This document shows, one piece after another, positions 19,278 to 29,142 of a stretch of 64,000 nucleotides of DNA. Both the position numbers and the translations under genes were made by a program. The notes under the pieces are model-generated. The model did not search any database. It was given only the letters and a program-made list of their open reading frames with translations, and was not told the origin of the DNA. The first letter of the stretch is position 1, and each line of letters opens with the position of its first letter. Source of the DNA: an uncultured Eubacteriales bacterium (GTDB taxonomy: Bacteria; Bacillota; Clostridia; Lachnospirales; Lachnospiraceae); assembly GCA_951800645.1 (NCBI GenBank), contig CATOIK010000006.1, positions 25,508 through 89,507 of the forward strand, in the 5' to 3' direction.

Positions 19278-19298
19278 AAGCATCTGATAATGCAGCAT

Positions 19299-19342
19299 TG
19301 GGGCGGCTAAGACACTTTCCTGTGTCTCGCCGCCCCTGTTTT
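19299..19342. terminator. Hairpin terminator between convergent genes
   Basis: GGGCGG..AGACAC/GTGTCT..CCGCCC followed by TGTTTT. Confidence 0.6.
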
Positions 19343-20041
19343 TCATCCTACTCCAAAATCCGTAATCTCGTACAGCACTTCCACTTCCGGGTCATGGAGC
19401 AGCCACTGATACTCCTTCATAAACCACCTCACCAGCGCCTCATCCCGCCGGATTCTGGTAGTGTTATTATTGTAAACATTCACCGTCCCCAGTTTAAAAT
19501 ACCGCTTCAGATACTCAATATCCCTGGCAATCATCTCCTGGGTCTGACCTTCAATTCCCACCATCAGACAGGGCGAATCAAAATACTCCGCCACCTCCTG
19601 AGGCGTCTCAAAATCGGCATGCTTGTTCAGCACCCCCTCTCGGAAATTCCGGTCAAATGTCTCCACTCCAATCTTAAACACAATCGGCGCCGGCATCCGC
19701 TTGCGCATCTCTTCCAGTTTTCTCCGGTACATCCAGTGAGCCTCAAAAAACAGCTTCTTAATCTGCTTCTCCCGGATAAGACCTTCAATATCCTGCAAAG
19801 TTTCCTCCGGCAATTCAAAACAACTTCCGGAATTGATGACTTCCAGCACCCCAAACTCCCCGGTCACCCGGTTAAGCACCTGCCGGTTCAGAAATACCAT
19901 GGAAACCTCATCCCGGCTGTTGTCATCAATATAATCGCAGAAAGCACATTTTCCCCAGGCACAGGGAAATCCTCGCAGCAGACAGATTTCCCGCCTGTTT
20001 TTTTCTGTTATCCGGCTATATCGTTCTTCCGGCACGCCCAT
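19343..20041 (-). CDS. queL: Radical SAM protein, queuine lyase QueL-like
   Basis: Non-canonical CX4CX2C motif (CAWGKCAFC), ERY..I.EKN.REI.LL N-terminus, short length, preQ1 riboswitch and ECF-S context. Confidence 0.82.
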   Translation of the reverse strand: MGVPEERYSRITEKNRREICLLRGFPCAWGKCAFCDYIDDNSRDEVSMVFLNRQVLNRVTGEFGVLEVINSGSCFELPEETLQDIEGLIREKQIKKLFFEAHWMYRRKLEEMRKRMPAPIVFKIGVETFDRNFREGVLNKHADFETPQEVAEYFDSPCLMVGIEGQTQEMIARDIEYLKRYFKLGTVNVYNNNTTRIRRDEALVRWFMKEYQWLLHDPEVEVLYEITDFGVG

Positions 20042-20606
20042 GATCCCATCCTCCTTTCAACCGACTGCGCAGCTCCGACGGCATCGCATGCACCACGCAG
20101 ATTGCCATAAATAGTCCGATGCCTCTGTCAATCCACTCTGTTACAATCTGCACCAGCAGAGTGCTGAAAAACAGGCCGGCGGGCGTCCGCCCCAGAATCT
20201 GCACTAAAACTGCAGAGCCGGAGGAGGTGACACCTCCAAACAGGCCGTAGCAGATAAAAGCGCTTAACACAGCGCTGGGCAAAGTTACAAACCCGGCCTG
20301 CCACAAAAGGCGGCTTTTGGTGACTGTATGATGCTTAAACAGCAGTCCGGCCATAAATCCCACCAGCATACCCGCCGGAGCAAAATACAGGGAATAGATG
20401 TCTACGGTCATCCCCAAGACGATGCCGCTGAGCAGACTAGGAATAAGCCCGAACCAGGGCCCCATCAGGGCGCCTGTCAAAATAGAGCCTATGCTGTCCA
20501 AAAGAATGGGAAGCCGCAGCATCAGGGCAATCTGAGCCCCTGCCGCATTTAAGCAGACTGCCATGGCAATCAGACAAATTTGAAATGAAGTCATTTTCTG
20601 ACGCAT
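20016..20606 (-). CDS. ECF transporter S component (queuine/preQ1 precursor uptake)
   Basis: LRLPILLDSIG, GGVTSSG, several TM helices; lies directly under the preQ1 riboswitch. Confidence 0.8.
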   Translation of the reverse strand: MRQKMTSFQICLIAMAVCLNAAGAQIALMLRLPILLDSIGSILTGALMGPWFGLIPSLLSGIVLGMTVDIYSLYFAPAGMLVGFMAGLLFKHHTVTKSRLLWQAGFVTLPSAVLSAFICYGLFGGVTSSGSAVLVQILGRTPAGLFFSTLLVQIVTEWIDRGIGLFMAICVVHAMPSELRSRLKGGWDHGRAGRTI

Positions 20607-20680
20607 AATATGTCCTTTCCAAGATATATAATGTCTTCGGTATAACTAAAACAAGTTCGTTCCGGCACAGCAGCTCCTGT

Positions 20681-20739
20681 AAAATAAAAAATGCTGTTTT
20701 GCCGCTCTCTGAACCATTCCAGACCGTAGCAAAACAGCA
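20681..20739 (-). terminator. Riboswitch expression-platform terminator
   Basis: TGCTGTTTTGC/GCAAAACAGCA stem followed by TTTTTTATTTT. Confidence 0.75.
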
Positions 20740-20767
20740 CTCTGCATTCATCAGTGTGTTTCACAGC

Positions 20768-20800
20768 CTAGTTTTTTATCCTGGGAGGTTCGCGAACCAG
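20768..20800 (-). promoter_or_regulatory. PreQ1 class I riboswitch aptamer
   Basis: CTGGTTCGCGAACCTCCCAGGATAAAAAACTAG: P1 stem, UUCG loop start, CCC, A-rich tail ending AAAACUAG. Confidence 0.92.
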
Positions 20801-20870
20801 TCGGCCTGAAAGGCCGTTTCTATCATATGATTGTATATTCTGTTTTCCAGATAAACTGGTCAACTCATAT

Positions 20871-20899
20871 AATATAGCATAGATAGGGATACTATGCAA
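20871..20899 (-). promoter_or_regulatory. SigA promoter of the queuine-salvage operon
   Basis: TTGCAT-17 bp-TATATT with TG. Confidence 0.65.
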
Positions 20900-20968
20900 T
20901 TCAATTTTTAGCAGAAATCTCCGGTTCTAAATCCTCATAATATTTACATTTTGTTAAAAAAATATCTA

Positions 20969-20996
20969 TTGATTTTATTTTCCAAATATGTATAAT
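20969..20996 (+). promoter_or_regulatory. SigA promoter of pckA
   Basis: TTGATT-16 bp-TATAAT. Confidence 0.6.
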
Positions 20997-21062
20997 TAGA
21001 GTAGGGAAAATTGTTTCCCAGCTAATATTTACTATATTTTAAAGGAAAGAGGTTAATGTAAT

Positions 21063-22667
21063 ATGGCGAAGATTGATTTAACCAAGTACGGTATCACCGG
21101 AACCACAGAAATCGTGTATAATCCTTCTTATGAGCTGCTGTTTGAGGAAGAAACCAAGCCGGAGCTGGAAGGCTACGAAAAAGGCCAGGTAAGTGAGCTC
21201 GACGCCGTGAACGTTATGACCGGTATCTACACCGGGCGTTCCCCCAAAGACAAATTCATCGTTATGGACGAGAATTCCAAAGACACTGTATGGTGGACCT
21301 CTGACGAATACAAGAATGACAACCATCCGGCATCTCAGGAAGCTTGGAACGCTTGTAAGGAAATCGCTTTAAAAGAGCTGTCCAACAAGAGACTGTTTGT
21401 AGTAGACGCATTCTGCGGCGCCAACCATGACACCCGCATGGCTATCCGTTTCATCGTTGAGGTTGCATGGCAGGCACATTTCGTTAAGAACATGTTTATC
21501 CAGCCCACTGAGGAAGAACTGGAAAACTTCGAGCCGGATTTCATCGTTTACAATGCATCCAAGGCTAAGGTTGAGAACTACAAAGAGCTGGGCTTAAACT
21601 CTGAGACTGCAGCTATGTTCAACATCACCAGCCGCGAGCAGGTTATCTTAAACACCTGGTACGGCGGTGAGATGAAGAAGGGTATGTTCTCCATGATGAA
21701 CTACTACCTGCCGCTTAAGGGCATCGCTTCTATGCACTGCTCTGCCAACACTGATATGAACGGTGAGAACACCGCTATCTTCTTCGGTCTGTCCGGTACC
21801 GGCAAGACCACCCTGTCTACTGACCCGAAGCGTCTTCTGATTGGTGATGACGAGCACGGCTGGGATGACAACGGCGTATTCAACTTTGAGGGCGGCTGCT
21901 ACGCAAAGGTTATCAACCTGGACAAGGAGTCTGAGCCGGATATTTACAACGCTATCAGACGCAATGCCCTGTTAGAGAATGTTACCCTGGATAAAGACGG
22001 CAAGATTGATTTCGCTGATGACAGCGTTACCGAGAACACCCGCGTATCCTACCCGATCAACCACATCGAAAACATTGTACGGCCCGTATCTTCTGCACCG
22101 GCAGCTAAGAATGTAATCTTCCTGTCTGCAGACGCATTCGGCGTACTTCCGCCAGTATCCGTTCTGACTCCGGAGCAGACCCAGTACTACTTCCTGTCCG
22201 GTTTCACCGCTAAATTAGCAGGTACTGAGCGCGGCATCACCGAGCCGACCCCCACCTTCTCCGCTTGCTTCGGTCAGGCATTCTTAGAGCTGCATCCGAC
22301 CAAGTACGCAGAAGAGCTGGTTAAGAAAATGGAAGTAAGCGGCGCTAAGGCTTATCTGGTAAACACCGGATGGAACGGCACCGGCAAGAGAATCTCCATC
22401 AAAGATACCCGCGGCATCATTGACGCTATCTTAAACGGCGATATTTTAAACGCTCCGACCAAGAAGATTCCTTACTTCGATTTCGAAGTTCCCACCGAGC
22501 TTCCTGGTGTAGACACCAACATCTTAGACCCCCGCAATACTTACGCAGACGCTGCTGAGTGGGATGCAAAGGCCAAAGATCTGGCTCAGAGATTCATGAA
22601 GAACTTTGCCAAGTACGAAGGCAACGAGGCTGGTAAAGCTCTGGTTTCTGCAGGTCCCCAGTTATAA
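21063..22667 (+). CDS. pckA: Phosphoenolpyruvate carboxykinase (ATP)
   Basis: [35 protein letters not shown]; strongly biased codon usage. Confidence 0.98.
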   Translation: MAKIDLTKYGITGTTEIVYNPSYELLFEEETKPELEGYEKGQVSELDAVNVMTGIYTGRSPKDKFIVMDENSKDTVWWTSDEYKNDNHPASQEAWNACKEIALKELSNKRLFVVDAFCGANHDTRMAIRFIVEVAWQAHFVKNMFIQPTEEELENFEPDFIVYNASKAKVENYKELGLNSETAAMFNITSREQVILNTWYGGEMKKGMFSMMNYYLPLKGIASMHCSANTDMNGENTAIFFGLSGTGKTTLSTDPKRLLIGDDEHGWDDNGVFNFEGGCYAKVINLDKESEPDIYNAIRRNALLENVTLDKDGKIDFADDSVTENTRVSYPINHIENIVRPVSSAPAAKNVIFLSADAFGVLPPVSVLTPEQTQYYFLSGFTAKLAGTERGITEPTPTFSACFGQAFLELHPTKYAEELVKKMEVSGAKAYLVNTGWNGTGKRISIKDTRGIIDAILNGDILNAPTKKIPYFDFEVPTELPGVDTNILDPRNTYADAAEWDAKAKDLAQRFMKNFAKYEGNEAGKALVSAGPQL

Positions 22668-22707
22668 TTTCATACAACAGAGCATGTTGTCAGTTCGACC
22701 ATGTAAT

Positions 22708-22742
22708 AAAAGAGCCGCTGTTTTTTACAGCGGTTCTTTTTC
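22708..22742. terminator. Bidirectional terminator
   Basis: AAAAGAGCCGCTGT..ACAGCGGTTCTTTTTT. Confidence 0.8.
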
Positions 22743-22787
22743 TGTGTTATTATCCTGTTACATGTGATTTTGCTGCAGATTATCCTG

Positions 22788-23021
22788 CTATATGCTGTCC
22801 CAGTCCATCTCTGCAATATTCTCCCGCTCTGCCCGCTCTCTGGCCAGTCTGGCAGTCTCCTGAATGGCGGCGCTGTGGCCGGTCAATGCAGCAAAGGGAA
22901 CAAATTGAGCTGCCCTGTCTAACCGGGACATAGGCAGATGGCGTTCTGACACATGATGAGGCAAATCCAGCATATCTTCATAATTTTTCCGGAGTTTTAA
23001 GTTTTCTGATTTCTGTTTCAT
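22788..23021 (-). CDS. YolD-like polymerase accessory protein, short form
   Basis: LPHHVS..H.PMSRLDRAAQF.PFAALTG motif; ATGA-type overlap with the upstream polymerase gene. Confidence 0.7.
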   Translation of the reverse strand: MKQKSENLKLRKNYEDMLDLPHHVSERHLPMSRLDRAAQFVPFAALTGHSAAIQETARLARERAERENIAEMDWDSI

Positions 23022-24547
23022 GCCTTATGGCCTCCTATCTGCCGGTTCCGCTCCATGGCTGTAGCTCCGTCCATGAGATTTGTACCTTTCAATACTGCGT
23101 TTTTTCCAAACTTCTTCTTAATATCCAGCATAGCTTCCTGTAGTTTTCTTTCCCGCTGCAAGTCGGCGTTTTCCCGTCTCTGCTGTTCTTCCAGCGCTTT
23201 ATAGTCTGTAAAAAGGTTCATCTGGGCAAAAGCCGGTTCCTGTTGTCTGGTTTGGGGCGGTTCCACCTTTTCTGCCGCCAGGGAAAGGCGGCGGACTAAA
23301 AGAGCCGGATTTACAATCTGGTCATACAATGCCATAACACAGTCTGTAATCAATCTGGACGATGCTGTTTTTTGCTTTAAATTCACTGTGCCATGGGCGT
23401 GTTTGGGAATTCTGCGGCCATAAGAATCTGTTACAGTCTCACCATGATAGGCTTGCGCCCGCTCTGGATCTGTCAGATTCTCTATATCATATCCAACTGT
23501 CAGCACCAACTGATCTGTAACCAGATTCTGATCCACCAGCTCCAATGCCACCCCATCTGCCATCTCTCCCACTACCATTCTGGCTTTTTTTGCCTCATAA
23601 GGACAGGTAAGTACCTGGCCGGACACCATGCTCTTTCGCTCTGGCCGATACTGCTTAATGTCCCCCATGGTACAGGGCTCCCACCCCCAGGCATGGTCTA
23701 TCAAAAGCTCTGCATTTACTCCAAATAGGCGGTAAAGCAGGTCTTCATTATAGTAATCTCCTGGTTTTCCAATAGAACAGCGGGCAATGTCTCCCATGGT
23801 ATACAGGCCGTGGGCTTCCAATTTTCCGGCATAGCCCCGCCCCACCCGCCAGAAATCTGTCAGCGGCTGGTGACTCCACAAAAGGCGCCGGTATTCCCGC
23901 TCATTTAACTGGGCAATCCGCACTCCGTTTGCATCCGGCGGAATGTGCTTTGATACAATATCCATGGCCACCTTACACAGGTACAGATTGGTTCCGATAC
24001 CGGCAGTGGAGGTGATACCGGTAGCGCAGTATACATCCTGCATAATCCGGGCAGCCAACTGTCTTGGTGTCAGGCCATAGGTGTCCAGATAACCGGTTAC
24101 ATCCATAAATACTTCATCTATGGAATATACATGTATATCTTCTGGAGCCACATATTTTAAGTAAATGTCGTAAATTTTTGTACTTTCCTCAATATAAAGA
24201 GCCATTCTGGGCGGTGCTGTGATGTAGGCGGCTTCCAGATTGGGATTCTTTTTCAGTTCTTCATCATCCCAGGAACTGCCGGTAAAGCAATGGCCCGGAG
24301 CCGTCTGAAGACGCTGGGCATTTTCTTCCTGCACTTTTTGAACCACCTCAAACAAGCGGGCCCGCCCGGAAATTCCGTATGCTTTCAGAGAAGGGGACAC
24401 CGCAAGGCAGATGGTTTTCTCTGTTCTTTCTGCATCTGCCACTACCAGATTGGTCTTCATGGGATCCAGCCCTCGCACCCGGCATTCCACGGAGGCATAG
24501 AAGGATTTAAGGTCTATGGCAATGTAGGTTGGTTCTTTTTGCACCAC
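23018..24547 (-). CDS. Y-family (UmuC/ImpB-like) translesion DNA polymerase
   Basis: IDLKSFYASVEC, YSIDE catalytic motif, QMNLF clamp-binding-like motif, RNRQIGGH tail. Confidence 0.92.
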   Translation of the reverse strand: MVQKEPTYIAIDLKSFYASVECRVRGLDPMKTNLVVADAERTEKTICLAVSPSLKAYGISGRARLFEVVQKVQEENAQRLQTAPGHCFTGSSWDDEELKKNPNLEAAYITAPPRMALYIEESTKIYDIYLKYVAPEDIHVYSIDEVFMDVTGYLDTYGLTPRQLAARIMQDVYCATGITSTAGIGTNLYLCKVAMDIVSKHIPPDANGVRIAQLNEREYRRLLWSHQPLTDFWRVGRGYAGKLEAHGLYTMGDIARCSIGKPGDYYNEDLLYRLFGVNAELLIDHAWGWEPCTMGDIKQYRPERKSMVSGQVLTCPYEAKKARMVVGEMADGVALELVDQNLVTDQLVLTVGYDIENLTDPERAQAYHGETVTDSYGRRIPKHAHGTVNLKQKTASSRLITDCVMALYDQIVNPALLVRRLSLAAEKVEPPQTRQQEPAFAQMNLFTDYKALEEQQRRENADLQRERKLQEAMLDIKKKFGKNAVLKGTNLMDGATAMERNRQIGGHKA

Positions 24548-24579
24548 GGCTTTTGCTTCCTTTCTCTATTAATAATCCC

Positions 24580-24608
24580 ATTATAAGATAGAACATATGT
24601 TCTGTCAA
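24580..24608 (-). promoter_or_regulatory. SigA promoter with a LexA (SOS) box in its spacer
   Basis: TTGACA-17 bp-TATAAT; GAAC-ATAT-GTTC at 24591-24602. Confidence 0.9.
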
Positions 24609-24752
24609 TGGGTTCTCTGTTTTTTTGATTGGAAGATTCTGTTATTGCCGTAAGAACCTGAATGGAATAATTTTGTCAAAAATGAATGGAAAAAGAACCG
24701 GGATTCCAGTATAATAATTGAGGTAAAGAAATGTGTACGGAGGATATTTACT

Positions 24753-25658
24753 ATGAGAAAAGGCATGATAAATGTGTTTGCTTTTGGAATACTGATTCTG
24801 GGATGTGGAGCTGTAATTGGCGGATGCGGAAAGAAACATGAGAAGATTGCACTGGAAAGCACAGAGAAACATGTAGAGGCAACAATGGAAGCTTCCACGG
24901 AGGCTTCTTCTGAGGCGCCTGAGATTACAACAGCGCCGGAAACGACTGCTCCAGATGAAAGTTCCGATGCCAGCAACGGTGCCAGCGTCCAGGATGTAGT
25001 AAAACCTAATGCAGTCACCCACACTACGGCGTCTTACACCTCTGGCAAGGTTTCTGTCCAGTACCCGGTTATGGAGCATTTAGAGGAATCCCAGTCTGCA
25101 GTCAATGATCTGATACGGCTGAACGCCTTATCTGCAGTGAACGCTTATGTGACAAATCCGGAAACGGACGCTTTGGAGGTGAAATGCCGGGTTCTGGCAG
25201 CGGACAAAAGCCGGATTACGATCGTCTACACAGGAACAGCCATGGCCGCCGGCGCCGCTTATCCAGTCAATGTGCTTTACAGCAGCACCATCGATGTGCG
25301 GAATGTGTCTAATCTGGATCTGCCGAGTATGGCCGACCCCAGGACGCTGGCCGAGTATGTGATGTCAGCAGAGTGTGTTTACAGCGGGGAATTTGGAGAT
25401 TGGGCGGCTGCAGGCGGCGAGGCCGTGGGGGCTGGCTCTGCCGGCGGAGAACTGGCTGAGGCACTTGCCCAGATTCATTCTGATCGGGGCGCAGACTGGT
25501 ATACAACACTGTTTAGTGCCGCAGACTTCCCTGCAGCGGCAGATGCTTTCCCCTCCTGCTTCAGCTTTGAAAAGGACGGAGACATCTATTTTTCCATCCC
25601 GGTTCCCCACGCCCTGGGAGACTATGTTGTCGCTGTGTTTACCCCGGAAAATAAATAA
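24753..25658 (+). CDS. Hypothetical lipoprotein
   Basis: Lipobox-like IGGC, S/T/E-rich linker, SIPVPHALGDY C-terminal motif. Confidence 0.75.
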   Translation: MRKGMINVFAFGILILGCGAVIGGCGKKHEKIALESTEKHVEATMEASTEASSEAPEITTAPETTAPDESSDASNGASVQDVVKPNAVTHTTASYTSGKVSVQYPVMEHLEESQSAVNDLIRLNALSAVNAYVTNPETDALEVKCRVLAADKSRITIVYTGTAMAAGAAYPVNVLYSSTIDVRNVSNLDLPSMADPRTLAEYVMSAECVYSGEFGDWAAAGGEAVGAGSAGGELAEALAQIHSDRGADWYTTLFSAADFPAAADAFPSCFSFEKDGDIYFSIPVPHALGDYVVAVFTPENK

Positions 25659-25665
25659 GACTTCC

Positions 25666-25694
25666 TTGCTATTTAGACCGGAATCTGCTAAAAT
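25666..25694 (+). promoter_or_regulatory. SigA promoter of upp
   Basis: TTGCTA-17 bp-TAAAAT with TG. Confidence 0.65.
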
Positions 25695-25743
25695 TCCAGT
25701 AGAACTGAAATCCTACTGAACTGATAAGAAAGGACAAACCCTT

Positions 25744-26373
25744 ATGGAAAATGTTACCATTTTTAATCACCCACTGATTCAGCATAAAATCTCCCTTCTG
25801 CGGGACAAGCGGACCGGCACCAACGAATTCCGGGCTCTGGTAGAAGAAATTGCCACGCTGATGGGCTATGAAGCCCTGCGTGATCTTCCCCTGGAGGATG
25901 TAAAAATCGAGACTCCCCTGGAGACCTGCATGACTCCCATGATTGCCGGCAAAAAGCTGGCAGTGGTTCCTATCCTGCGGGCCGGGCTGGGCATGGTAAA
26001 CGGCATCATGGCCCTTGTTCCCAGCGCCAAGATCGGCCACATCGGTCTTTATCGGGATGAAGTAACTCACGAACCTCACGAGTACTACTGCAAACTGCCC
26101 ACCCCTATCGAGCAGCGTACCATCGTAGTAACTGACCCGATGCTGGCCACCGGCGGTTCTGCTGTGGCAGCCGTGGATTTCATCAAGCAGCACGGCGGCA
26201 AAAATATTAAATTCATGTCCATCATCGCCGCTCCGGAAGGCTTAGAGCGCCTTCACAATGCCCATCCTGATGTGCAGATCTATGTAGGTCACTTAGACCG
26301 GTGCCTGAACGAAAACGCCTACATCTGCCCCGGATTGGGAGATGCAGGAGACCGGATTTTTGGAACGAAATAA
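25744..26373 (+). CDS. upp: Uracil phosphoribosyltransferase
   Basis: [27 protein letters not shown]. Confidence 0.98.
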   Translation: MENVTIFNHPLIQHKISLLRDKRTGTNEFRALVEEIATLMGYEALRDLPLEDVKIETPLETCMTPMIAGKKLAVVPILRAGLGMVNGIMALVPSAKIGHIGLYRDEVTHEPHEYYCKLPTPIEQRTIVVTDPMLATGGSAVAAVDFIKQHGGKNIKFMSIIAAPEGLERLHNAHPDVQIYVGHLDRCLNENAYICPGLGDAGDRIFGTK

Positions 26374-26457
26374 GATAAGAAGATGGGCGGCTATGCCGCC
26401 CATCCAAAAAGAAGTGTTTCTCTCCTCAAAGGGGTACTTTAACAAACCGCAGGCTTA

Positions 26458-26868
26458 TTATTTTTTGTCCTGCTTATCCTTTAACAAAGAGATTGATATT
26501 CCCGCTAATCCAATCCCTAACATAATAAATGCTGTATTTGCTTCTAGTTCTCCGAGAATAGATAACACTGTTACTGCAATCCCCATTGCAATACCAATTC
26601 CTTTTAATACCGTATCAACAATTTCATCTGCTTTATTCCTGCTCATGTTTTCTTTTGTTTCTGTCTTTACCTGCATCAACTGGTCAACTGAGATCTCAAA
26701 TATTTCAGCTAATTTAGGAATTGAATTTATATCAGGGAAAGACAGATCTCTTTCCCATTTAGAAACAGCTTTATCCGTCACGCCCATTTTCTCTGCAAGT
26801 TCTAACTGAGTCATTCCCTTATCTTTTCTTAATGATGAAATCATCATACCAAGCGTCCGTTTTTTCAT
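26458..26868 (-). CDS. XRE-family HTH regulator with two C-terminal TM helices
   Basis: LRKDKGMTQLELAEKMGVTDKAVSKWERD..PD; hydrophobic C-terminus; visibly AT-rich. Confidence 0.88.
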   Translation of the reverse strand: MKKRTLGMMISSLRKDKGMTQLELAEKMGVTDKAVSKWERDLSFPDINSIPKLAEIFEISVDQLMQVKTETKENMSRNKADEIVDTVLKGIGIAMGIAVTVLSILGELEANTAFIMLGIGLAGISISLLKDKQDKK

Positions 26869-27015
26869 CTGCCCGTTCCTCCCTGTATTTGATGATTGCA
26901 TCCTAACACATCCTTTCAAATATACTCAACCGACCAGTAGTTTAGTTGCTTCGACCAATAGTTTACCACCAATTTCTCTATCATAAGCCGATGCTGATCT
27001 ATTTCTGTATCGTAT

Positions 27016-27049
27016 AAAAATGGGCAATCCTGCTTCAGGACTGCCCTTT
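27016..27049 (-). terminator. Terminator downstream of lysS
   Basis: GGGCAGTCCTG-AAG-CAGGATTGCCC followed by ATTTTT. Confidence 0.75.
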
Positions 27050-27169
27050 CATTCTTATCACTCCAAAATCTGCCGTGCTTCGCACTCCCTGATTTTGTCG
27101 TATCCAAGTGCATGCGCCTTATGTGGGTGTCCGCAAGCACACACCACCGCAAGGCTTATTCTGTTCATC

Positions 27170-29119
27170 TTAATACAGCTTTGCTCCCGCCGGAATTCTC
27201 TCATCCACCATCAGCAGATTCAGGCCCTCGTGGCCGTCCTCCTCATGAACTGCGGAAATCAGCATTCCCTCAGAATCAATTCCCATCATCTTACGAGGCG
27301 GCAGATTTACGATTGCAATGCAGGTCTTGCCAACCAGTTCTTCCGGCTCGTAATACTCGTGGATACCGCTTAAGATCACACGATCCTTGCGCTCGCCGTC
27401 GTCCATGGTAAACTTTAAAAGTTTCTTGGACTTTGGAACTGCCTCGCAGGCCAAAATCTTTACTGCCCGGAAATCGGACTTAGCAAAGGTCTCAAAATCA
27501 ACCATTTCCTCAAAAATCGGCTCAATCTTCACATTGGAGAAATCAATCTGAGGAGCTGCATTCGGAACTTCTGCCGCAGCAGAACCGGCTGCCTTCTCGC
27601 TCTCTGCCTTGGAAGCAGATTTCTTGGCGTCCAGAGATTTCATGGTGGGGAACAGCAGCACATCCCGGATGGCCGGGCTGTTGGTTAACAGCATAACCAG
27701 ACGGTCGATGCCGTAGCCGATACCGCCGGTAGGCGGCATACCAATCTCCAGGGCGTTCATGAAATCCTCATCTGTGGTGTTGGCTTCCTCATCTCCTGCT
27801 GCCAGAGCCGCCTCCTGAGCCTTAAAGCGCTCTCTCTGGTCGATGGGGTCGTTTAACTCGGAGTAAGCGTTGCACATCTCCCGGCCGTAGATAAACAGCT
27901 CGAAACGCTCTACCTGCTCCGGCTTATCCGGCTTTCTCTTGGTCAGCGGAGATACCTCTACCGGATGATCCATAATAAAGGTAGGCTGAATCAAGTGTTC
28001 CTCTACAAACTCCTCGAAGAACAGGTTGATGATGTCGCCCCGCACATGGCGGTCCTCAAACGGAACATTCTTCTCCTTCGCCAGAGCCTTTGCCTCCTCT
28101 GTGGTGGCAATCTGGTCAAAATCGATGCCGGTGTATTTCTTGATTGCGTCAATCATGGTCAGACGCTCAAAGGGTTTGCCTAAGTCGATCTCTACATCTG
28201 CGTAAGGAATTAAAGTGGTGCCGCAAACCTCCTGGGCTACATGACGGAACATATTTTCCGTTAAATCCATCATGCCGTTGTAGTCGGTGTAAGCCTGGTA
28301 CAGCTCCATCAGGGTAAACTCCGGGTTGTGGCGGGTATCCAAGCCCTCGTTTCGGAATACGCGGCCAATCTCGTAAACCCGCTCCATGCCGCCTACAATC
28401 AGGCGCTTTAAGTACAGCTCCAGAGAAATACGGAGCTTTACATCCTCATCAAGGGCATTGTAGTGGGTCTCAAAGGGTCTTGCAGCAGCGCCGCCGGCAT
28501 TTGAAACCAGCATGGGGGTCTCTACCTCCAAAAAGCCCTGTCCGTCCAGGTAACGGCGGATGCAGCTGATAATTTTGGAACGCATGACGAAAGTCTTCTT
28601 CACATCCTCGTTCATGATCAGGTCTGTATACCGCTGGCGGTAACGCATATCTGTATTGGTAAGGCCGTGATACTTCTCCGGAAGTACCTGCAGGCTTTTG
28701 GAAAGCAGGGTCACTTCCTTGGCATGGATGGAAATCTCCCCCATCTTGGTAGTGAAAACGATGCCCTTCACGCCTACAATATCGCCAATATCCATGCGCT
28801 TAAAGTCTTTGTAGGCTTCCTCGCCCAAGTCATCTCTGGCTACATAGCACTGGATATTGCCTTTTAAATCCTGAACATTGCAGAAAGAGGCCTTTCCCAT
28901 CACACGCTTGGACATCATTCGTCCGGCGATGGTCACTTCTTTGCCTTCCCACTGATCGTAGTTTTCTTTCACATCTGTGCTGTGAACAGATACATCGTAT
29001 TTGGTAATCTGGAACGGGTCCTTGCCTGCTGCCTGCAGCTCTGCCAGCTTTTCCCGGCGAACCTTCAACAGCTGATTTAAATCCGGCTCCTGGGCCTGAT
29101 TCTTCTGCTGGTCTGCCAT
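27170..29119 (-). CDS. lysS: Lysine--tRNA ligase (class II) with a fused C-terminal tRNA-binding OB domain
   Basis: YRQRY, LEVETP, FRNEG..HNPEF, GMPPTGG.G.GIDRL; extra [16 protein letters not shown] domain. Confidence 0.97.
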   Translation of the reverse strand: MADQQKNQAQEPDLNQLLKVRREKLAELQAAGKDPFQITKYDVSVHSTDVKENYDQWEGKEVTIAGRMMSKRVMGKASFCNVQDLKGNIQCYVARDDLGEEAYKDFKRMDIGDIVGVKGIVFTTKMGEISIHAKEVTLLSKSLQVLPEKYHGLTNTDMRYRQRYTDLIMNEDVKKTFVMRSKIISCIRRYLDGQGFLEVETPMLVSNAGGAAARPFETHYNALDEDVKLRISLELYLKRLIVGGMERVYEIGRVFRNEGLDTRHNPEFTLMELYQAYTDYNGMMDLTENMFRHVAQEVCGTTLIPYADVEIDLGKPFERLTMIDAIKKYTGIDFDQIATTEEAKALAKEKNVPFEDRHVRGDIINLFFEEFVEEHLIQPTFIMDHPVEVSPLTKRKPDKPEQVERFELFIYGREMCNAYSELNDPIDQRERFKAQEAALAAGDEEANTTDEDFMNALEIGMPPTGGIGYGIDRLVMLLTNSPAIRDVLLFPTMKSLDAKKSASKAESEKAAGSAAAEVPNAAPQIDFSNVKIEPIFEEMVDFETFAKSDFRAVKILACEAVPKSKKLLKFTMDDGERKDRVILSGIHEYYEPEELVGKTCIAIVNLPPRKMMGIDSEGMLISAVHEEDGHEGLNLLMVDERIPAGAKLY

Positions 29120-29142
29120 CTTTTCATTACTCCTTCTGTATT

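Noticed and set aside
20437-20751. 104-aa ORF as a queK remnant
   Set aside because: It spans the riboswitch terminator and has no nucleoside-hydrolase DxDxGxDD motif.
20951-20968. Rex operator upstream of pckA (TTGTTAA-AAAA-ATATCTA)
   Set aside because: Only the left half matches TTGTTAA-N4-TTAACAA; too weak in AT-rich DNA.
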